From contig OZ244999.1 in the NCBI GenBank assembly GCA_965223265.1, forward strand, positions 5,024,001 through 5,088,000: a stretch of DNA of 64,000 bases, read 5' to 3'. Positions within the stretch are counted from its first letter, which is position 1. The number at the start of each line of letters is the position of its first letter. Position numbers and translations under genes: made by a program. Source of the stretch: Planctomycetota bacterium (GTDB taxonomy: Bacteria; Planctomycetota; UBA8108; SXIK01). The notes beneath the pieces were generated by a model. That model ran no database searches. It had not been told where the DNA came from and saw only the letters and a program-made list of their open reading frames with translations. Below, in pieces: positions 57,562-64,000 of this stretch.

Positions 57562-59160
57562 GTGTCCCCCCATCAGTCGAACGATCAACGCGACCTACGT
57601 AGCACGCTGATCGTCGGGCTCCTTACGGTCTGCAGCCGCGTTGCTGGCCTGGCGCGCGAGGCGGTGCTCGCGCTTTTTCTTGGAACGCGGGTCGAAGCCG
57701 ACGCGTTCCGAGTCGCGTTCTTGCTGCCAAACTTGCTCCGACGCCTAGTGGGCGAAGGAGCAGCGACGAGCGCTTTCGTCGCCGTCTATAGCCGCCACGC
57801 GCGCTCCGAAGGCGATGAAGGCGGCGTCGATTTCGCTGAGCGGTTCCTCACGCTTTGGATTTGCGGCCTCGCTATCATCGCGCTGGCCGGTGCCTACTTC
57901 ATGTCCGACCTTTTCCACGTGATCCGCCCGGCACTCGGTGACGGCAAGCTCACCGAACCCGCGAACTTCGCGCTCACGATTGATGTCAGCCGCATCGTCT
58001 TCGGCTATGTTTTCTTCATCGGCGGCGTCGCTGCGGCGCAAGGAATCCTGAACGCTCGTCGCATCTTCGGGGCACCAGCCTTTGTCCCAGCGCTCTTCAA
58101 CGTCGTCGTCGTCGCCGCCGCGTGCATCTTAGCTACGCTCTTCGCGCCTGGACGCGCGGTGTTCGCCATCGCGTATGCGATCCTCATCGGCGGAGCTTTT
58201 CAGCTCGCCTGGTTGATCCCGCCGCTGTGGAGGATCGGCGTGCGGTTCAAGCTCCGCTCTCCATTCGGCCACGCGGGGGTCTCAGACGTCCTGCGGTTGA
58301 TGGTGCCAGGCATCATTGGCGCTGGTGTCTATCAGTTGAGCGTCGTCTTGAGCACCCTCATCGCCGGTCGTTTGCCCCATACCGGTTCGATCGCGTCACT
58401 TGCCTACTCGAATCGCTTCATGGAATTCGTTCTCGGCGTCTTCGTTGTCGCCTTGAGCACGGTCAGCCTCACCTCCCTTGCACGCTTCGCGGCGGCCGGA
58501 GACGAAGAGCTGTTTGCTACTCGAGCTCTTGAGATGGTCCGCCTGATCCTCTTCGTGACCATTCCAAGTACCGCAGGGCTCTTCGTCATCCACTCACCGC
58601 TGATCTCCCTCGTCCTTGAGCAAGGAGAGTTCGGAGACACCTCACTCGCCATGACCGTCGCAGCCTTTCGCTGTCACCTGCCGGGTCTCGTGGCCATCGG
58701 TGTGAGCAGGGCGCTCGTCGCCGGCTTTCATGCGCGCAAGAACCTTCGTACGCCGGTCGTGGTGGCCGCTTGGATTTTGCCGTTCAATCTTGCGCTGGCG
58801 TACGTACTGTCCCTTGGCCCGCTGCGCCACGCTGGGATCGCACTCGCGGCAAGCGTCGCGGCATGGGTGCAGTGTGCGACTCTTTTGAGTCTCTTCTATC
58901 GGGAGGTTCCTCGCTTGCGCTTGACCGGCCTCCCCCGATTCCTCGCGCTCACGATCGTGGTCAGCGCGGTGATGGGGGCGATCTGTCAGCTCAGCGCGGC
59001 CGCAATTCCACTTCCTGAAGGTAAAATCCTGCGCGCGGCGTGGATCCTCATCGTCGTCGGCATCGGCGTCGTGAGTTTCTTCGGTCTCGCGACACTTTGT
59101 CGACTTCCGGAGTCGCGCGCGCTACTTGGACTTTTCCGACGCAGCCGGCATGTCGACTGA
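57562..59160 (+). CDS. murJ: Lipid II flippase MurJ
   Basis: SRVAGLARE, DAFRVAFLLPNLLRRLVGEGA and YSNRFME. Confidence 0.93.
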   Translation: MSPHQSNDQRDLRSTLIVGLLTVCSRVAGLAREAVLALFLGTRVEADAFRVAFLLPNLLRRLVGEGAATSAFVAVYSRHARSEGDEGGVDFAERFLTLWICGLAIIALAGAYFMSDLFHVIRPALGDGKLTEPANFALTIDVSRIVFGYVFFIGGVAAAQGILNARRIFGAPAFVPALFNVVVVAAACILATLFAPGRAVFAIAYAILIGGAFQLAWLIPPLWRIGVRFKLRSPFGHAGVSDVLRLMVPGIIGAGVYQLSVVLSTLIAGRLPHTGSIASLAYSNRFMEFVLGVFVVALSTVSLTSLARFAAAGDEELFATRALEMVRLILFVTIPSTAGLFVIHSPLISLVLEQGEFGDTSLAMTVAAFRCHLPGLVAIGVSRALVAGFHARKNLRTPVVVAAWILPFNLALAYVLSLGPLRHAGIALAASVAAWVQCATLLSLFYREVPRLRLTGLPRFLALTIVVSAVMGAICQLSAAAIPLPEGKILRAAWILIVVGIGVVSFFGLATLCRLPESRALLGLFRRSRHVD

Positions 59161-59239
59161 AGCTCAACGGCACACTTTCTTCGTCGAGGCGTGGCCTGGT
59201 TGGCACGGAGGAATTGCAGACCGGGTGTTCAACAGGCTG

Positions 59240-61615
59240 TTAAGCGCGGCCGATCATCACGAGGGGACACGTCGTGCGCCGTGCAAATTCGAGCGTAAAT
59301 GTGCCAAAGCCGCGTCGCCGGCTGGCACGGTGCAGTCCTAAGACGACCAAATCGGCGGCCGTGGCCTGAGCCATCAACAACTCGGACGGAGAGTCACTGC
59401 GCAGCACCTCGATCACCGCCGACTCTCCGACCTCGTCGCGCGAGATCGTGCTGAGCTCTTGTCGCGCCCGTTTCATTTCGCGCGCCGTCGCGCGTTCCGG
59501 CAGAATCCTGACGTATCTGACTCTCATCTCGGCACACGGTGCATCGGCGACCTGAACGGGCTCACTCGAAGGGATCGCCGCCATGCCTGAAGCTTGTCGA
59601 TCGACGGAACGCTCCGCAGTAGTGGCGCCTGTCGACACACCAACGAGTGCTGGCAAGGCAGTTCGTTTCGAAATGTCCCGAGACGACGAGTGAGAGACAC
59701 GCGTCAGGCTTCCGAGAAATCGCGCTCGAAGCGTGTCGTGAACGCCACGACCACTCAGCGGTACGAGCACTTCGCGCACGGCTGAAAGCGACCACCCCTT
59801 CTCGGCGCGAAGGACGACGACGTCGGATTCGACCGTCTCGATCAACGTCTCGAGAGGCGTAGCCGCGCGGCTCAAGTCACTCAGTCCGACAAGGAGACTC
59901 TCGCACCGATGCAGAGTCGCGACGCGACTGATCTCCTGCCATGGGCCGGTACCAATCGTCGTCAGCGTCTCCGGGCAGAGACCTGCAGCCAGCGACGCGT
60001 TGAGAGCCTCTCCCAAAACCTGTTGAGCCATCATCAATCGCCCGTCATTGGGCGTCACGTCGTCGTCGCTGGGAGCTCGGACGACGTTGAGTAGCAGGAC
60101 GCGACCGACTGCGGGCGGAGCGAGCGCGTTGGCCAGCGCGACCATGGAAGCAGCGCTGTCGGGATTGGCAATGGGGACAAGAACGAGGGGGTTACGCCCG
60201 CGCAATCGCGCCACAGTTGGGTCGAGGGCTTCGGTTGCGGCATCGACGACTCTCGCCTGACGCGCGAAAATGACGATGAAAAGGATCGCTCCAAAACCCA
60301 GCCACGAAACCATGATGTAACCGGCGGCGGGCACAGTCGCTCCCTGAAACGCGGCCAGAGCGAAACAAGTCAGCCCACCGAGTACGGGAACAGCGGGAAA
60401 GAGCGGAGTGCGAAAGCCGCGCAACTGGTCCGAAGCGCGCCGACGCGCCTTGATCGCGATGACGTGAGCGAGTGCGAAAGTGACCAAAAAGATCAGACTC
60501 GACGCGGCACCAGCGGCGGCGAGGTCAGGAACGACGACGATGAGAACCAAGGCGATCGCCCCCGTGGAGACGACGGACACGACGGGAATCCGCCGCCGGC
60601 GGTCGCAGCGAGCGAGAAGCCGCGGCAGAGTACGATCCTGAGCCATGGCGTAGCTGACACGGGAGGCGGCGAAGACGTTCGCCTGGAGCGCGGAGAGCAT
60701 GGAAAGCGTCGCGGCAACGAGCACCAGCCAGTAGCCAAACGAGCCCAGATAGTTGCGCGCAGCGACGGCCACCACAGTCTCAACGTTCGCGGCGCTCAGG
60801 GTCGTGATCGATTCACCCGCCGGTACGCCGGCTGTCGCGATCACCGCCAGGAGAGGCAAGTAGATCACCAGCGCAAGCGACAGCGACCACATCATGGCGC
60901 GCGGAATCACACGCGACGGCTCCTTGATCTCTCCGGCAACTGCCGCGATCAAGTCGAAGCCTTGCAGCGCGATGAACGAGAACCCCATCGCCTGGACAAA
61001 TCCCATCGCTCCGCCAGCGAAAAACGGCTGGAAGTCCTCCATCGAACGAGCTGCAAGATTCTGCGGCACCTTGAACAGCCCAGCAACAATCAGCACGCCG
61101 AAAACGACGAGCTTACCGACATTGGTCCAGCCCGAAGACGTTCGCTGCGAAACGCTCAGAGTGAGGACATAGAACGCCGCAGCGGCGGTGGCAAGAACGG
61201 TGGGCAGTCGATGCGAACCGAGCCAGCTTGCCTCCAGCTGTCCGTCCCCAAAAAGTTGCCTCAGAACCTCCGCACCAAAGTAGCCGAACCCGACCGCATA
61301 GAGCACAGCAGCAACAATCGAAGCGAACCAAACGATCCAGCCCACCATGAAGGCGGCCTCAACCGAGAGCACTTTTTTAGCGAACGTGTAGGTGCCACCG
61401 GATTGAGGAAATGCCGACGAGAGCTCAGCAAAACTCAACACCGTGAGCAGAGCTATGAGTCCGTTCGCCCCAAAGGCCAAGATAGCGCTAGGCCCCGTTT
61501 TCGCGAACGCGACTCCTGCCAGCGCCAGGATGCCCCCGCCGACGATGGCGCCGACGCCGACGCCCGTGGCGCTGAGTAGACCGATTCTGCGTGCCGCTAC
61601 GTTCTGCCGACTCAA
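59240..61615 (-). CDS. APC-family amino acid permease fused to universal stress protein domains
   Basis: GAIVGGGI, AELSSAFPQSGGTY, GFDLIA and SRVSYAMA; USP-like VLVPIAN and VLVPLSG. Confidence 0.88.
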   Translation of the reverse strand: MSRQNVAARRIGLLSATGVGVGAIVGGGILALAGVAFAKTGPSAILAFGANGLIALLTVLSFAELSSAFPQSGGTYTFAKKVLSVEAAFMVGWIVWFASIVAAVLYAVGFGYFGAEVLRQLFGDGQLEASWLGSHRLPTVLATAAAAFYVLTLSVSQRTSSGWTNVGKLVVFGVLIVAGLFKVPQNLAARSMEDFQPFFAGGAMGFVQAMGFSFIALQGFDLIAAVAGEIKEPSRVIPRAMMWSLSLALVIYLPLLAVIATAGVPAGESITTLSAANVETVVAVAARNYLGSFGYWLVLVAATLSMLSALQANVFAASRVSYAMAQDRTLPRLLARCDRRRRIPVVSVVSTGAIALVLIVVVPDLAAAGAASSLIFLVTFALAHVIAIKARRRASDQLRGFRTPLFPAVPVLGGLTCFALAAFQGATVPAAGYIMVSWLGFGAILFIVIFARQARVVDAATEALDPTVARLRGRNPLVLVPIANPDSAASMVALANALAPPAVGRVLLLNVVRAPSDDDVTPNDGRLMMAQQVLGEALNASLAAGLCPETLTTIGTGPWQEISRVATLHRCESLLVGLSDLSRAATPLETLIETVESDVVVLRAEKGWSLSAVREVLVPLSGRGVHDTLRARFLGSLTRVSHSSSRDISKRTALPALVGVSTGATTAERSVDRQASGMAAIPSSEPVQVADAPCAEMRVRYVRILPERATAREMKRARQELSTISRDEVGESAVIEVLRSDSPSELLMAQATAADLVVLGLHRASRRRGFGTFTLEFARRTTCPLVMIGRA

Positions 61616-61745
61616 AGAAAGTGTCCGATAACCGAAAACTCAGGTGTCGATACGGAGTGCCCTTCTTGATCGGCTTGGCGACAAAGTCTCCTGCAGATTG
61701 GATTGCGCCAGGGTCAGAAAGACGCCGGCCGAAACCGCGCTCAAC

Positions 61746-62369
61746 TCACAGCGTCGCCGCGCTCACCGCACGCATGAAAGCTCGGATCTTGGCGTGATCC
61801 TTGCGTCCCGGTGATTGCTCAACCCCGCTTGACACGTCGACAGCCGCTGGTCGCGCCACCTCGATCGCTTCAATCACGTTATCGGGCGTCAGGCCCCCCG
61901 CCAAAATCGCCGGCGTGTGATCTCCGACCCTCCGCGCCACATCCCAATCGAAGACTTCTCCGGTTCCCCCCGGTGTCTTTGGGTGGTACGCATCAAGGAG
62001 AATGCGATGCGGAGCGTACGAAACAACTTCCGACGGCTCAAAACCAGGTCCGACCCGAAACGCCTTAATCACGGCAGGCACTTTCAGCGTCGTCGCGTAC
62101 TCTACAGATTCGCTGCCGTGGAGCTGGGCGGCGCCGAGGCCGGCTCGCCGCACGCACTCTTCGACAACACTCCGCGGTTCGTCAACAAAAACGCCAACGG
62201 TCAAAACATGAGAGGGAATCTCGCGCACGATCGCCGCCGCCGACTCACAATCGATCGCCCGGGGTGACTTGTCGTAAAACACGAACCCGAGCGCCCAACA
62301 ACCAGAGTCGACCGCGACCAAGGCATCTTCGACGTGACAGATGCCACACACCTTCACGTCAACGCTCAC
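61746..62369 (-). CDS. trpF: Phosphoribosylanthranilate isomerase
   Basis: VKVCGI, KSPR, QLHG, GGTG, LAGGL and DVSSGVE; the GTG overlaps the trpC stop. Confidence 0.95.
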   Translation of the reverse strand: MSVDVKVCGICHVEDALVAVDSGCWALGFVFYDKSPRAIDCESAAAIVREIPSHVLTVGVFVDEPRSVVEECVRRAGLGAAQLHGSESVEYATTLKVPAVIKAFRVGPGFEPSEVVSYAPHRILLDAYHPKTPGGTGEVFDWDVARRVGDHTPAILAGGLTPDNVIEAIEVARPAAVDVSSGVEQSPGRKDHAKIRAFMRAVSAATL

Positions 62370-63160
62370 CGCTTGATTCCCGTCAACTGTGTTAGAGCCG
62401 CACCCGGGTCTTCTTGGCGCATAAGACTCTCGCCGATCAGGAAAGCGTCGACGCCCCAAGCGCTCATGCGCTCGAGCTCCTCACGGTCGAAAAAACCGCT
62501 CTCGCTCACCTTCACCACGCCGACTGGCATCTGCGGCATCAGGTCACGACTCGTCTCAAGCCGTACCTCGAACGTCCCCAGATTGCGATTATTCACTCCG
62601 ATGACGCTTGGTTCCAAACGCAGCACCCGTGCCAGCTCATCCTCATCGTGCACCTCCCAAAGAACGTCAAGATCGAGCCCCGCCGCGAGTTGGGCCAGGT
62701 CGCGAAGTTGGCCGTCGTCGTCGGTGGCAGCCATGATCAAGAGGATCGCATCCGCCCCGCAGGCGCGAGCTTCGTAGACTTGGTAAGGATCGATGATGAA
62801 ATCCTTCCGCAGTAGTGGAACACTCGTCGCATCGCGAATCGCCCGCAAAAAATCGAGGTGACCTTGGAAGTACTTCGCGTCTGTCAGCACCGAAATTGCC
62901 GCGGCTCCACCCCGCTCGTAGGATCTAGCGATCTCAACGGGATCGAAGTCTTCACGGATCAAGCCCTTCGAGGGTGACGCTTTCTTGACTTCCGCGATGA
63001 TGCGAAAATCCGCCACGCCGTGCCGCAGCGCAGTCGCGAATCCGCGCGTCTTCGGCGCTTCCCCGCAGGCGTGGATCAATTCCTCAAGCGGCAGCTGCCG
63101 GCGACGATCGCGGACTTCGCCGCGTTTGTCCTCCAAAATGCGCTGCAGAATGGTGGTCAT
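62366..63160 (-). CDS. trpC: Indole-3-glycerol phosphate synthase
   Basis: IAEVKKASPSKG, SVLTD, LRKDF, GVNNRNL, SESG and LIGESLM. Confidence 0.97.
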   Translation of the reverse strand: MTTILQRILEDKRGEVRDRRRQLPLEELIHACGEAPKTRGFATALRHGVADFRIIAEVKKASPSKGLIREDFDPVEIARSYERGGAAAISVLTDAKYFQGHLDFLRAIRDATSVPLLRKDFIIDPYQVYEARACGADAILLIMAATDDDGQLRDLAQLAAGLDLDVLWEVHDEDELARVLRLEPSVIGVNNRNLGTFEVRLETSRDLMPQMPVGVVKVSESGFFDREELERMSAWGVDAFLIGESLMRQEDPGAALTQLTGIKR

Positions 63161-63999
63161 CGAAACGCCCTCAATTTCTCGAGCGTCTCCGCCGTCACAC
63201 CGCCGTCAATCGCGTCACGCGCCAAACCAGCACCTTCGCGCAAGTCGCTTGCCGTACCAGAGATCACGAGCGCTGCGGCGGCATTGAGTAAAACCGCCTG
63301 CCGCGGTGGAGACTTCTCACCGGCGAGAACGCGCTCGATGATCGCGGCGTTTTCCGACGCGTCGCCGCCTTGAAGCGATGCAAGGTCGACTCGCTCCAGG
63401 CCGGCGTCTTCGGGTTCAACCGTCATCTCCTCCACGCCCTTCGTCGTGACGACGCTGACTCGACTCGTCCCGGACGGACTGAGCTCGTCTAGACCACCTT
63501 CGCCATGGACCACCCAGACCTGTCGGCTGCCCAGTTTGGAGAAGACGTCCGCCATCTGAAGTCTCGCCTCGTCGTTAAAAACGCCGACGAGCTGTCTTTC
63601 GACTCCGGCCGGGCTTGAAAGAGGCCCCATGACGTTGAACACCGTACGAACGCCGAGCTCACCGCGAATCGGCGCCACATGCTTCATTGCTGGGTGGTAA
63701 AGGCGCGCAAAAAGGAAAGCGAATCCAACCTCCTCGATGGCTTTCTGGGCTCGCTGCGGTGGTAGATCGACAGGAACGCCCAGAGCTTCGAGGACGTCCG
63801 CGCTGCCGCAGCGACTCGACGCTGCACGATTCCCATGCTTGGCAACGGCGACTCCCGCGGCGGCAACAACCAGCGCCGCCGCCGTAGAAATGTTGAACGT
63901 TCCGCTGCCGTCGCCGCCTGTGCCGCAAAGATCGACGATGGGATCGCGGCGCGGTGCGATCTTTCGCGCAGCCTCTCGCATACCGGAGACGAAGCCGAC
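63157..63999 (-). CDS. trpD: Anthranilate phosphoribosyltransferase (5' end outside the window)
   Basis: GTGGDG, FNIST, KHGNR, GSADVLE and GLDE; the frame is open to the window edge. Confidence 0.96.
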   Translation of the reverse strand, partial: VGFVSGMREAARKIAPRRDPIVDLCGTGGDGSGTFNISTAAALVVAAAGVAVAKHGNRAASSRCGSADVLEALGVPVDLPPQRAQKAIEEVGFAFLFARLYHPAMKHVAPIRGELGVRTVFNVMGPLSSPAGVERQLVGVFNDEARLQMADVFSKLGSRQVWVVHGEGGLDELSPSGTSRVSVVTTKGVEEMTVEPEDAGLERVDLASLQGGDASENAAIIERVLAGEKSPPRQAVLLNAAAALVISGTASDLREGAGLARDAIDGGVTAETLEKLRAFR

Positions 64000-64000
64000 G

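Noticed and set aside
59201-59217. Sigma54 promoter-like TGGCACG...TTGC
   Set aside because: Spacing is 2 bp too long, and it lies between convergent 3' ends

Overview
High-GC bacterial chromosomal window; the gene architecture suggests an uncultured Planctomycetota or related lineage (inference). It contains the glycine cleavage operon (gcvT-gcvH-gcvPA-gcvPB), ribF and def, three near-identical tandem secreted vWA genes, and a GT87 plus ArnA-like formyltransferase pair. An ~18 kb minus-strand respiratory cluster follows: HEAT protein, Rieske, split b6f-like cytochrome b, a 1548-aa octaheme cytochrome c, HemY, a cupredoxin-like lipoprotein, and an A2-type heme-copper oxidase with its assembly genes. 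Further along are a catalytically degenerate P1B-ATPase-like gene, an AlaC-like aminotransferase, citrate synthase, a UvrD/PcrA helicase, a divergent IlvC, a CxxC-less TlpA-like protein, a GldAFG/DUF4340 ABC module, rpoN, lnt, a ~1250-aa secreted aromatic-repeat protein, murJ, an APC-USP fusion and trpD(partial)-trpC-trpF. The best novelty candidate is an 855-bp intergenic region (43037-43891) with no convincing ORF, a near-consensus sigma70 promoter and nested long-range complementarity, consistent with a ~720-nt structured ncRNA. A second ~250-bp structured element lies at 38207-38458. I saw no rRNA, tRNA, CRISPR array or intact transposase. All calls come from reading motifs by eye; no database searches were run.
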